Origin: a virus
Taxonomy: Duplodnaviria > Caudoviricetes
Reading direction: 5' to 3' (one strand)
IMG/VR virus record: IMGVR_UViG_3300022895_000015
Span: 1 to 43,587 of that record
Length of the DNA stretch: 43,587 bases
Each line of letters starts with the position of its first letter. The stretch's first letter is position 1. Shown here in pieces: positions 1 to 8,365 of the stretch. Below the pieces are notes generated by a model. It did not search any database, had not been told where the DNA came from, and worked only from the letters and a program-made list of their open reading frames with translations. A program made the translations under genes and the position numbers.

Positions 1-14
1 TTTCAGAAATTCGC

Positions 15-30
15 TGGTATGATGCGCGCC
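15..30 (+). promoter_or_regulatory. Extended -10 (TG-g-TATGAT) and GC-rich discriminator of the tRNA promoter
   Basis: TGgTATGAT at 15-23 followed by GCGCGCC, just upstream of the tRNA; typical stable-RNA promoter. Confidence 0.65.
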
Positions 31-33
31 ATT

Positions 34-123
34 GGAGAGATGCCGGAGTGGTCGAACGGGACGGATTCGAAATCCGTTGTACTGGCAACAGTACCTAGGG
101 TTCAAATCCCTATCTCTCCGCCA
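34..123 (+). tRNA. tRNA-Ser (anticodon CGA), integration target
   Basis: GGAGAGA/TCTCTCC acceptor stem, anticodon arm ACGGA-TTCGAAA-TCCGT, long variable arm GTACTG-GCAA-CAGTAC, GGTTCAAATCC T-arm, encoded CCA; 90 nt. Confidence 0.97.
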
Positions 124-127
124 TACA
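98..127 (+). repeat. attL core GGGTTCAAATCCCTATCTCTCCGCCATACA
   Basis: Identical to 43461-43490; covers the tRNA 3' end. Confidence 0.96.
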
Positions 128-136
128 CGAAGTAGC

Positions 137-180
137 CGAAGCCCCCGAAAACGTTGATGTTTTCGGGGGCTTCGTCGTTT
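137..180 (+). terminator. Phage-supplied tRNA terminator
   Basis: 16-bp stem CGAAGCCCCCGAAAAC/GTTTTCGGGGGCTTCG; similar to the host hairpin at 43501-43540. Confidence 0.85.
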
Positions 181-193
181 CTGGTCTTTGCAT

Positions 194-224
194 TAGGGCA
201 ATTCTAGGGCATTCCACAAGGGCA
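194..224 (+). repeat. Candidate integrase arm-type sites, left
   Basis: TAGGGCA at 194 and 205 (11-bp period), AAGGGCA at 218; the same motif and spacing occur inside attR. Confidence 0.7.
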
Positions 225-420
225 TTTAGGCCGCGTTAGGCCGGGATACGCCGCCTAAATCAGCTACTAGAACGATTTTCATAGGTTGGACTGAGTAACC
301 TTTCGAGATGAGACTGGCGTATAGCCATTGCGTGAGCATTTGTGACATATTGCCACCATCTCGTCGGATCGGCTTGCCGTATCTGAAGGTATGAGTTAAC
401 CTGCGTGTTAAGGAGTCGGC

Positions 421-915
421 ATGAAGCTGCACGTGCTAACAAGGAAGTACATCCTGGAGAAAGCGGGTGTGAACACCGCTAAAATGACCTCAATCAGTGG
501 AACTCTCAAATGGGTGCCAGTGATGATCCTCCCTGCCTCGGGTCAGCCAGACAAAGCTTCCTTCATAAAGTCTGTGATCGCTGATGTCGACGACCGCTCA
601 AAGCGCAGTCACTTCGTTGCGATGATCGATGCAATTTTCAGTGGAATGACACTGGATGATTTCTCTGAGCACTTTGCCAACTGCGCTGTCAAATACAAGG
701 TGGCGGGCAAATTCGAGTATGCGAGCAAGGTAGAGAATCTGAGGGAGCTCAAGCATGGAAACAAGGATCGAATTTACCTGTATCCATATACAGGGAAAAG
801 TGAGCGCTATCTGTTTTTTCTTGAGGCCGCTCACAAGAACCAAGAGCAAACCGAGAAATCGGTGAAGGACCGTCTTGGAGACTTGATTAAGAAAATCATC
901 GACGAGAAATTATAG
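421..915 (+). CDS. Putative RelE/HigB-like toxin of a TAC system
   Basis: AAGGAG RBS; C-terminal pattern LRELK..RIYLY..LFFLEAAHK..T resembles the RelE/HigB WELR..RxxY..LLHxFxKK.KT pattern; precedes HTH and SecB-like genes. Confidence 0.62.
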   Translation: MKLHVLTRKYILEKAGVNTAKMTSISGTLKWVPVMILPASGQPDKASFIKSVIADVDDRSKRSHFVAMIDAIFSGMTLDDFSEHFANCAVKYKVAGKFEYASKVENLRELKHGNKDRIYLYPYTGKSERYLFFLEAAHKNQEQTEKSVKDRLGDLIKKIIDEKL

Positions 916-934
916 TCCTTATTAGGGTCACGTT

Positions 935-1369
935 ATGAACAACTTTGATATTGCCCAACAGATTGCAGAAGATGCTGAAGTCTTCAGTTATGCGCGGCGT
1001 GGTGCGCCTATTCTTGAAATTAGGCGAATTATGGCGCTGAAGGGGCTGAAAAATATCGATATCGCCGAAAGACTTGGTGTCTCTGAAGCTAATGTTTCTC
1101 GGTGGCTGCGTGGCGATCAAAATCTCAAACTTGATACGATTCACTCTCTTGCTGACGCGGTCGAGGAAAGACTCGACCTTTGTTTTGGTGAATCTCACTT
1201 GAGAGTATTTTTGTCTGAAATGAACTTTTCTGAACCTGAGGTTCAAACGTTTTCTGCTAACGTTTATCCAATTGAAGATTACAGATATGCTCGTGCAGAC
1301 TTTGTATCTTGTAATGATGAAGAGTATGGAGAGGTAGAGGCCAATGAAGGCTGCTTCGCTTTCAATTGA
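935..1369 (+). CDS. XRE-family HTH antitoxin (HigA-like) with C-terminal extension (candidate ChAD)
   Basis: LKNIDIAERLGVSEANVSRWLRGDQNLKLDTIHSLADAV is an XRE HTH; ~55-aa acidic/aromatic tail follows. Confidence 0.82.
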   Translation: MNNFDIAQQIAEDAEVFSYARRGAPILEIRRIMALKGLKNIDIAERLGVSEANVSRWLRGDQNLKLDTIHSLADAVEERLDLCFGESHLRVFLSEMNFSEPEVQTFSANVYPIEDYRYARADFVSCNDEEYGEVEANEGCFAFN

Positions 1370-1904
1370 GAAGGTTGAGTTTATCCATGTAAAAGTGGAG
1401 ACAAATAATTCATTTGAGGGTGATTTTTCCTCGGAATTTAAGCAACTCGATTTTCCGTTTAAGGGCGTTACGTTCCGTAGACGTATGAGTTTGCAGTATG
1501 ACAAAGCAAAGCCTGAAGATCCTAAGAGCTTTGTGTTCGGGTTGAACGTCATGCTTAGCGAAGATCCAGAGGACGCCGAGAACGTATCTTTGCCTTACAA
1601 TATTGACGTGAAGGCCGTCGTATACATGCGTTACGAATCTGACCAGCTGTCTGGGATGGAGCGTTTTCGTGCGATTAGAGCTACCGGATATTCAGTTCTG
1701 TACGGGGCAATCCGTGAGATGGTTTCTAATCTCACTGCTAGGGCTCCACATGGAATGTGGTCTCTTCCGTCTGCGAACTTCAACACCGCCGCGAATGATG
1801 AAGCCGTGCGCGATGAGGAAAAACGGCAAGAGCTGATTGCTAAAAAGTCCTCCCTAGCTCCGAAAAAGCCAGTTAGACGAGTAAAAAAATCTACGGATAG
1901 CTAA
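1344..1904 (+). CDS. SecB-like chaperone
   Basis: Beta-rich N-half plus SecB-type C-terminal motif VLYGAIREMVSNLTARAPHGMWSLPSANF; overlaps the antitoxin end. Confidence 0.8.
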   Translation: MKAASLSIEKVEFIHVKVETNNSFEGDFSSEFKQLDFPFKGVTFRRRMSLQYDKAKPEDPKSFVFGLNVMLSEDPEDAENVSLPYNIDVKAVVYMRYESDQLSGMERFRAIRATGYSVLYGAIREMVSNLTARAPHGMWSLPSANFNTAANDEAVRDEEKRQELIAKKSSLAPKKPVRRVKKSTDS

Positions 1905-1933
1905 TTAAAAATTAGATTCATCGCCAATTAGTG

Positions 1934-1970
1934 AAGGGTGGCCGTCATAAGACTGAAGGCCACCCTTTTT
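1934..1970. terminator. Terminator between convergent TAC and integrase genes
   Basis: AAGGGTGGCC/GGCCACCCTT stem followed by a T-run. Confidence 0.7.
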
Positions 1971-3204
1971 ATTTATCAAAGCCCATCATTTTAGAGACTA
2001 TATGCGCCATGCTTTTGGCGTCCTTCGAAATCCAGCGACCATAATGCTTGCGTACCATGGTCGTATCGCTGTGCCCGAGTTGTCGGGCCACCCATTCAAT
2101 CGGTACGTAGCTCGACAGCGCTTGGCTCGCGAACGTGTGGCGTGCCTGGTTGGCGCCTCGATGGCGAATGCCTGCTTTCTCAAGGTGGGCGGTGAACCAG
2201 TTGCTGACCGTCTTGCCGCTCCACAGCAGGCCGGTGGTGGAGCTGCGGAATAGGAAGCGAACCCGCTCATGCTTCTTCGTGATGTTGTCACGCTGCACAA
2301 CGGTGATGTGCGTGGGTTCGGCATTCTTAGCTTCCGCCACGATCATGGTCAGCAGATCCAAGGCCGGCGCGATCAGCTCTACCGTGCGGATGCGAGAGCG
2401 TTCCTTTGGTACCTTGAACTCCCCTGCGACCAGAGCTCGGCGGATTGTCAGAGTACCGGCCACCAGGTCGACGTCCTCTACGCCGACCGCGATCAGTTCG
2501 GACAGGGATAGCCCGGCCCAGCAATTGAAGACGATCATCCGGCTGTCAGTATTCCGCTCCGGATCGGCGTCGGCTATCCGCTCAATCTCGCTCCGGGTGA
2601 ATGGGTCAGCGAATTCGCTGTCGCTGTCAGACTGGATGTTCTCGATGCGCTCCAGGGGGTTGAGTTTGATGATCTCATCGCTGAACGCATCCCCCCACAC
2701 CCCCCGTACAATGGTGAAGATGTCGTTTACGGTTTTCGGTTTGAGACCATTGGTGAGTAGTTCGGCTTGGAATAATTCAAGCTCACTCTTTGGGATGCTT
2801 GCGATGGTTCTGCCGGTGAATTTCTTCCTGACGTGTTCTGACTTGCTCTTATAGTTGATGAAAGTGCTATGGGCTTTTTTTACCTTGGCAACTTCAAGCC
2901 ACTGGGTAATCCCTTCGTCTACAGTTCTTTTTGCGGGCTCATTCGGAAGTTTTCGTCTGGCCTTGAGCCAAACCGAGTCTGGGAAATGAGCTGCATAGTC
3001 GAAGCGGTTTTCCTTGATTTCAGCAATTATTGTTCTACGTTTGTTATCCGCATAAGCGATGGCGGCCTTGTTGATCTTGGCCACATTGCGTAAAGGCTCC
3101 CGGCGGCGTTCGCCTTCGTACGTGAAGGCGATCCGCAGGAGGTTGCCATTGATGTCGATGCCCGTAGGTAGGGTGTCGACACCTGGTGGGAGCTTCACAC
3201 TCAT
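1969..3204 (-). CDS. int: Tyrosine integrase with N-terminal arm-binding domain
   Basis: RHTFAS and QLGH..TTM..KHY catalytic region; 411 aa; near attL. Confidence 0.95.
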   Translation of the reverse strand: MSVKLPPGVDTLPTGIDINGNLLRIAFTYEGERRREPLRNVAKINKAAIAYADNKRRTIIAEIKENRFDYAAHFPDSVWLKARRKLPNEPAKRTVDEGITQWLEVAKVKKAHSTFINYKSKSEHVRKKFTGRTIASIPKSELELFQAELLTNGLKPKTVNDIFTIVRGVWGDAFSDEIIKLNPLERIENIQSDSDSEFADPFTRSEIERIADADPERNTDSRMIVFNCWAGLSLSELIAVGVEDVDLVAGTLTIRRALVAGEFKVPKERSRIRTVELIAPALDLLTMIVAEAKNAEPTHITVVQRDNITKKHERVRFLFRSSTTGLLWSGKTVSNWFTAHLEKAGIRHRGANQARHTFASQALSSYVPIEWVARQLGHSDTTMVRKHYGRWISKDAKSMAHIVSKMMGFDK

Positions 3205-3455
3205 GGCCGGCCGGCCATCCAGTTCTCGATTTCAACACGGTTGTAGACAATGACGTTGGCAGGGTCAGTGCGCCATTGTTTTTCTTCAAGCCAAATACCC
3301 CGGTCGCGATATTTGCGTACAGCCTCAGTGCTCAAGCCGAAAACAGGGAATAACAACTCTTTCCGGATCCATACGGCGGGAGTGATAAGAAGTTGAACAG
3401 GCTGGGCAGACTGCTTGTTCACTTCGTGAACGGGTTTAACTTGTGGCTTTGCCAT
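3201..3455 (-). CDS. xis: Excisionase / recombination directionality factor
   Basis: Small basic protein overlapping int by ATGA; GIWLEEKQWR..YNRVEIENWM Xis-like pattern. Confidence 0.75.
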   Translation of the reverse strand: MAKPQVKPVHEVNKQSAQPVQLLITPAVWIRKELLFPVFGLSTEAVRKYRDRGIWLEEKQWRTDPANVIVYNRVEIENWMAGRP

Positions 3456-3470
3456 TTAATATTCTCCGAC

Positions 3471-3683
3471 TTACCGAAGTGGTTGCAGGCGCTGAAGCTG
3501 CTGCGTTTTCTTTGCGGCCACGTTGGCCATGTGGGATTGCCACTCGACGTTCTTTCGCTGCTGCCGGATCTTGCTGCAGCGGGAATGGTTGCGGGTCGAG
3601 CGCGCTTGTCCGCAGATGTCGCACATGACGGGCAGGTCAAGGCTATGGGTAGCCATGCGGGGCCTGGTGGCTGGTTGGCTCAT
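3471..3683 (-). CDS. Small Cys/His zinc-ribbon phage protein
   Basis: CDICG..R..NH..CSK.RQ; ATGA-coupled in the early operon. Confidence 0.7.
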   Translation of the reverse strand: MSQPATRPRMATHSLDLPVMCDICGQARSTRNHSRCSKIRQQRKNVEWQSHMANVAAKKTQQLQRLQPLR

Positions 3684-4264
3684 GGCATAACCTCAAGGAC
3701 AGCGCTGTGATGGAACGTGCGGGGTTTACTAGTCTTGCGATTCTTTCCGTAGATGTAGCCGGGACGAGACCACCAGGCTGCGCAGTGCCCTGTTACCTCA
3801 ACTTCAATTTTGGTCCCGCTGGCTTGGATCATTAGCCGGCTGCCAGTTGGATAGATACGTCTCACTGCTGCCAGCAAGCCGACCTGTGCCATCAGCAATT
3901 CGTTATCGGCCGCCTTGACTTCACAAAGGGCCTTCGCGGTGGGTGTACTGTCGAGGTTGATGTTGGTGTCGGGCGTACCGCCCTCCGCCTGGTTGAGGTC
4001 GCGTCCAACCGAAGCACCGGCGCAGGGCATGCCGGAGAGCATGATGATGCTCTCGGGCTCGAAGCCCTCGGTGTTCATCGGGCGGTGGCGCTGGAACTCG
4101 CGTCGCTCACCATCTACCGCGCCTGCTTTGTAACCAGCCAGGAACACCAGGTATTCGCCATGCGTGCGCGTGTCAGCGAAGCCGGTGCAGCCCTTCACCA
4201 GTTCACGCTCGCCCCGGCCGATGGGATTGAGGCTGATGAATAAGTCACGTGGATCTGTGTTCAT
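3680..4264 (-). CDS. Hypothetical phage protein
   Basis: ORF 3680-4318; start at 4264 gives an ATGA overlap with the upstream gene. Confidence 0.7.
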   Translation of the reverse strand: MNTDPRDLFISLNPIGRGERELVKGCTGFADTRTHGEYLVFLAGYKAGAVDGERREFQRHRPMNTEGFEPESIIMLSGMPCAGASVGRDLNQAEGGTPDTNINLDSTPTAKALCEVKAADNELLMAQVGLLAAVRRIYPTGSRLMIQASGTKIEVEVTGHCAAWWSRPGYIYGKNRKTSKPRTFHHSAVLEVMP

Positions 4265-4446
4265 GATGTGCGCCCTCGCATGATGATGAAGCCAGCTGCT
4301 TGACGAGTTTTGGAGCACTGGTCGTGATTGCCCTTCACGCGAGCCTTGCCACAGATGTCGCAGATGAACGACATGGCGGGCCGAAGCATCGGCTGCATGC
4401 CCTTGGGCGTGCGAGTGGTCGGGGTGTAGGTCGATGTGTCGATCAC
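4261..4446 (-). CDS. Small zinc-ribbon protein, paralogous to 3471-3683
   Basis: CDICGKAR..NH..CSKTRQ; 4-nt overlaps on both sides. Confidence 0.65.
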   Translation of the reverse strand: MIDTSTYTPTTRTPKGMQPMLRPAMSFICDICGKARVKGNHDQCSKTRQAAGFIIMRGRTS

Positions 4447-4646
4447 AGCGAATACCTCTCGTGGACTCGGCGAGCGTTCGGGCTCAGGGCGAGGTGCTCA
4501 AAGCTCGCAGCGCTGCTAACTCTCGGTACCGTGCCTATCGCTGGGCGGTAGGCGGTGCTGCTGCGATACAGTTCGGCAAGGGTGACGATCAGTGCTCCAG
4601 CGAGCGCAAGGCTGATCAGCTGCCAGGCGCGTGTCGGGTTAGGCAT
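4443..4646 (-). CDS. Small membrane-anchored hypothetical protein
   Basis: Hydrophobic stretch LISLALAGALIVTLA; coupled in operon. Confidence 0.65.
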   Translation of the reverse strand: MPNPTRAWQLISLALAGALIVTLAELYRSSTAYRPAIGTVPRVSSAASFEHLALSPNARRVHERYSL

Positions 4647-4935
4647 GTTGACGGCCCTCGTTGAGCTGGCTGAGCACCTGCTTTGTAGCTAGTTCGAACA
4701 GTTCGGTGGCGGATACTGGCGTGACGGACTGCTCGCAGTTGTGCACGGCTTCAAACCGGGTGCGGTACAGCCCGGCCTGGCCGAGCCAAGCGACGGCATT
4801 GTGTTCGGCGTTGGACACTGGGCAGCCTTGGGCTTCAGGGACAGTTCCTTCGTGGGTGCGCCTGCACTTACTGCAGTGATACAGGCCGCCGTCGTCGGCC
4901 TCGCTCATGTACCAATCATGGCGGTACGTGCTCAT
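4639..4935 (-). CDS. Hypothetical phage protein (CxxC)
   Basis: HCSKC motif; overlaps both neighbours. Confidence 0.7.
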   Translation of the reverse strand: MSTYRHDWYMSEADDGGLYHCSKCRRTHEGTVPEAQGCPVSNAEHNAVAWLGQAGLYRTRFEAVHNCEQSVTPVSATELFELATKQVLSQLNEGRQHA

Positions 4936-6761
4936 GCGGCCTCCTGCTGGTAAAGGTCGATCAGGTCTTTCGCGTTGGCGGCAATCAAGTCTTCCGCTTC
5001 GTCAGGGCAGACGCTGTTGCCGATCAGACGGATCTGGTCGGTGTTCTTGATCGGGCGCCACTCCAGCAGGCCGGTTTCCTTGTTCTCGAACAGGCCGCGA
5101 TCAAGGATGTAGTCGGGGCTGAAGCCTTGGGCGAGCTTCAGCTCTGGGGCCTTGAGCATGCGGAGGGTGAAGTCGACCAGTGCGTAATCGCCGAGTAGCA
5201 CCAGGTCAACCAGATCGGGGAAGTGCTCCGGCAGGTACTTGTGCAGGAAGTGAGCGCACTTGCGGGCCTTCGCCAGCAGCTCTGGCGGCAGAATCGCGGT
5301 GGGGACCTGGACAACGGTGACCAGCGCCATGCGTTCCTTGGTCGGCAGAGTGTGCATCGGTTCGCCCATGTCTTGCCACTGCCCGCCGGTGCCGTAGTAC
5401 TTCACCAGGTACGCACTCGCCAGGCGCTGGTTGGTGCCGCGCCCGAGAATCGTGCTCAGTGGCACCTTGGCTGCTCGCCCGTCGCCCTTGTAGAAACCGC
5501 CGTTGGCTTGCTCGAAGTGGCATGCGGCGAACGCGTGGTGGCCGCTGCCGGTAGTCAGGGCGTTTACAGGGTGGTCCATGCCGCTACCAGTGGAGCCTTT
5601 GCGCAGGGTGATCATCGACGCGGTGACCAGTGCTTGTTCGCCTCTGTTCGCCCCGGTGATCGTTCGGGTGGACTCGGAAACGGGGTAGCCTGAGCGGTCC
5701 CCATGATGTGTGAGGTGGGTCAGGTGGGCTGCGGCCAAGGCGAAATGGCCACCCTTGATCTGGGCCACCTGAGTGCGAAGCGGCTCGCCTGCGCTGAAGG
5801 TGCGCTGCGTGCTCGCGTTGGCGAACTCGGTGAGGCTTGCGGCGGCCAGCTGTTGCTCGTCCAGCTGGAGCACGAAAGGCTGCTCGGCCATGACGGTGTG
5901 GCGCCAGAAACCTTTCGCCACGCGTCGGCAGGTGTTGTCCACCAGTGGGCGTTTGCGTGCGAACAGGCTCTTGCCCAGGTCGGAAAAATCGATGCACTCG
6001 GCGGCGGTGCGCCAAGGCAGTTGGCCCGGTTTCGGGTTCTCGTGTCGCTTCGGCTTCGTCCAGACGATCGGGCGGCCATCCGTACGGCCGATTAGGAACA
6101 GGCGCTTGCGGATAGTTGGGGAGCCGGCGTTCGAAGCGCGGCGCTCACGCCACTCTACGTTGCAGCCCAGGCCCCGCACTAGTGCGTCCATCGGTACCCA
6201 CTGGCCGATGCAATCCATGATCTCGCCCATGTCCGGATGATCGGCAGCCAGGCCAGTGGTGAGACAGGCGACGAATGCCTTGAAGGTGCGACCCGTTTCC
6301 GACTTGATCGGCCTGCCTGCGTCGTCCAGCGGCCCCCAGGCTTGGAACTCTTCAACGTTCTCCATTAACAGCAGGCGTGGGCGGGTGGCAAAGACCCAGC
6401 GAACCACGACCCATGGCAGCGAGCGCACAGCCTTGCTTCTTGGGGCGCCGCCTTTGGCCTTGGAGAAGTGGCGGCAGTCAGGGGACGCCCACAAGATCCC
6501 CACGGGCTGGCCGCCGGTGGCCTGCAGTGGGTCGACTTCGTAGATGTCGCTGATGTAGTGGCGGGTGTTGCGGTGGTTCGCGCGGTGTACCGCGATTGCG
6601 ATAGGGTTGTGGTTGATGGCGATGTCAGGGTCGCGGTATACGCGGGCGCCGCCGCTGCTTGCCCCACCGGCACCGGCAAACAGGTCAACGTACAGTTCGC
6701 GCTGGAAGGGCAGAGCTTGCTGCTGCGCACCCTGGGTATCGATCTGCAGGGCAACTGTCAT
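4932..6761 (-). CDS. Orphan C5 DNA cytosine methyltransferase
   Basis: Motif I DLFAGAGG, motif IV SPDC, motif VI ENV, R.RLF, motif X IGNSV. Confidence 0.93.
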   Translation of the reverse strand: MTVALQIDTQGAQQQALPFQRELYVDLFAGAGGASSGGARVYRDPDIAINHNPIAIAVHRANHRNTRHYISDIYEVDPLQATGGQPVGILWASPDCRHFSKAKGGAPRSKAVRSLPWVVVRWVFATRPRLLLMENVEEFQAWGPLDDAGRPIKSETGRTFKAFVACLTTGLAADHPDMGEIMDCIGQWVPMDALVRGLGCNVEWRERRASNAGSPTIRKRLFLIGRTDGRPIVWTKPKRHENPKPGQLPWRTAAECIDFSDLGKSLFARKRPLVDNTCRRVAKGFWRHTVMAEQPFVLQLDEQQLAAASLTEFANASTQRTFSAGEPLRTQVAQIKGGHFALAAAHLTHLTHHGDRSGYPVSESTRTITGANRGEQALVTASMITLRKGSTGSGMDHPVNALTTGSGHHAFAACHFEQANGGFYKGDGRAAKVPLSTILGRGTNQRLASAYLVKYYGTGGQWQDMGEPMHTLPTKERMALVTVVQVPTAILPPELLAKARKCAHFLHKYLPEHFPDLVDLVLLGDYALVDFTLRMLKAPELKLAQGFSPDYILDRGLFENKETGLLEWRPIKNTDQIRLIGNSVCPDEAEDLIAANAKDLIDLYQQEAA

Positions 6762-7273
6762 GCTGCGGCTCCTGCAGTTGTGGCGCTCGGAGTGCTGCGC
6801 AGTTGGACGTGGATACGTTTGGCCAGCTCGTCGATGACGTCAGCCTGGGTTCCCGCTCGGGCTGCCTCGGCTTCGGTTTTCAGGGCTTTGAAGGTGCGCT
6901 GAGCCAGGCGCATCGTGGACGAGGCGCTGACCAACTTGTCATAGTCCGCCTTGGTCACTGCGAGGCCGGTGTACGACATGATCCGTGCGTCAAGCTCACT
7001 GATGCTGGCTTGGAGCGCAACGATCTTGATGTGGCGTGCGGCCAGCTCCAGCTCGCAGGTTTGCTGAGCGCGCTGCAATTCCGTGCGCATTTCGTCTTGG
7101 GCTTGCTTCGCTTCCCTGAGCTGAAGGGTCAGGCTCTGGTCGTGGAAGGCTTTGCCTTCGTTAAAACCTCGGGCATAGGCAAGGCGGCGTGCTTTGGCAA
7201 TCAGGAAGGGAAGGATGATCAGGGTCACCATCCAGGCGATACCAGCTGCAAGTGCGTACTGATGTGGTTGCAT
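6758..7273 (-). CDS. Hypothetical protein, N-terminal TM helix plus coiled coil
   Basis: GGAG RBS; hydrophobic N-terminus; heptad-rich body. Confidence 0.8.
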   Translation of the reverse strand: MQPHQYALAAGIAWMVTLIILPFLIAKARRLAYARGFNEGKAFHDQSLTLQLREAKQAQDEMRTELQRAQQTCELELAARHIKIVALQASISELDARIMSYTGLAVTKADYDKLVSASSTMRLAQRTFKALKTEAEAARAGTQADVIDELAKRIHVQLRSTPSATTAGAAA

Positions 7274-7364
7274 GTGCTGTGCTCCAAAGTGCCCAGCACC
7301 GGCCGGTGGTGTGGTGATGGCCAGGTGCTGGATGCGATGCCCCTGATGGCCGGGGCCGCCTCTG

Positions 7365-7604
7365 CTATGCCGTCTGCTTCGATTGAGTGTCGAGGTAGTC
7401 GGCGAGGTCGTGTAGGTAAATCACGTACTGCGCTCGGGCTGAGTGGTGCAGCTTTGTAGGCTTCAGCCCAATCTTTCCGGCGTTGATCAGCTCCCTGAAC
7501 CGGCGGTCTGTCTTGATGTGGGGGAAGTAGTGCTCACGCACCGCAGTCAATGTCGGGCAGGGAGTGGTCCACTGCTTGCGTAGCTGCCCAAGCGTGTCTG
7601 TCAT
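7365..7604 (-). CDS. Pyocin activator PrtN-family protein
   Basis: L..VREHYFPH..INAGKI..S.RA..VIYLHDLADYLD is the PrtN-family pattern. Confidence 0.8.
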   Translation of the reverse strand: MTDTLGQLRKQWTTPCPTLTAVREHYFPHIKTDRRFRELINAGKIGLKPTKLHHSARAQYVIYLHDLADYLDTQSKQTA

Positions 7605-8110
7605 GGGTGCTCCCCACGCCCCTCGGGGATCTGGCCGAGCTTCGCGCGCACTGCTTCGGCAAGCGCGGTCTTGCAGCTGCCGTATGCAGTCGCGTAGACC
7701 TCTCCCTGATCGTCGGTCACAACGGTGCCGAAGGGACGGTGGTCGTCGGTTGTGGGAGTGATGTAGGCATGCAAGCCTTCAGGTAATACCTGGCTAACAC
7801 AGTCCAGTGCTTCCATCAGGGCGATAGCGCGCTGGATCTGTTGTCCCGATTCAGTTCGACCATTGGCCACGTCCTGCAGAAAGTCGCGCAGGGACATGTA
7901 TTTGGTCGAGTCGCCGCGGTGCAGCGTGATCGAGCCCGTGAACGGTCCAAACCGAACCTGCAGGTGATGATCGCGGTCGTCGTTCTCCACCTGGATGTGC
8001 GCATCGACGCTGGTTTCAGGGCGTCGCAGCGGGCAAGTGGCGCTGCCTCCTTGCTCCAGCGTGCCCTCCAAAAGCATCACGCGGCGCAGATTGATGGTGA
8101 ATTCGTTCAT
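7601..8110 (-). CDS. Hypothetical phage protein
   Basis: 169-aa ORF with ATGA overlaps on both sides. Confidence 0.75.
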   Translation of the reverse strand: MNEFTINLRRVMLLEGTLEQGGSATCPLRRPETSVDAHIQVENDDRDHHLQVRFGPFTGSITLHRGDSTKYMSLRDFLQDVANGRTESGQQIQRAIALMEALDCVSQVLPEGLHAYITPTTDDHRPFGTVVTDDQGEVYATAYGSCKTALAEAVRAKLGQIPEGRGEHP

Positions 8111-8268
8111 GCCTCACCCCCATTGGGGATGGCGCGGACATGACCGGCAGGGGAGACAAGCAGGCGAAGCCCGGTAGAGCGTTGAAAGGCTTCAACGGTG
8201 GAAGGGCGGGTGCAGGTGGTTGGGTGCAAGTAGACCTTACACCCACTGTTTGGCTGTGCAGTTGGCAT
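8107..8268 (-). CDS. 53-aa first gene of the leftward operon (absent from the ORF track)
   Basis: MPTAQPNSGCKVYLHPTTCTRPSTVEAFQRSTGLRLLVSPAGHVRAIPNGGEA*; GAGG upstream; stop overlaps the next ATG (ATGA). Confidence 0.75.
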   Translation of the reverse strand: MPTAQPNSGCKVYLHPTTCTRPSTVEAFQRSTGLRLLVSPAGHVRAIPNGGEA

Positions 8269-8303
8269 TTCTGGACCTCAGTGGTGAGAGGGTAGCGGTC
8301 CAG

Positions 8304-8346
8304 ACAATACTCAAACGAATTTGGACGGTCAATACCTTTTCGTATT
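8304..8346 (-). promoter_or_regulatory. PL promoter with two repressor operators
   Basis: Minus strand TTGACC-17-TATTGT (8332-8304); operators AATACTCAAACGAATT 8306-8321 and AATACCTTTTCGTATT 8331-8346. Confidence 0.8.
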
Positions 8347-8365
8347 GATCGTATGAGTGGCGTGG

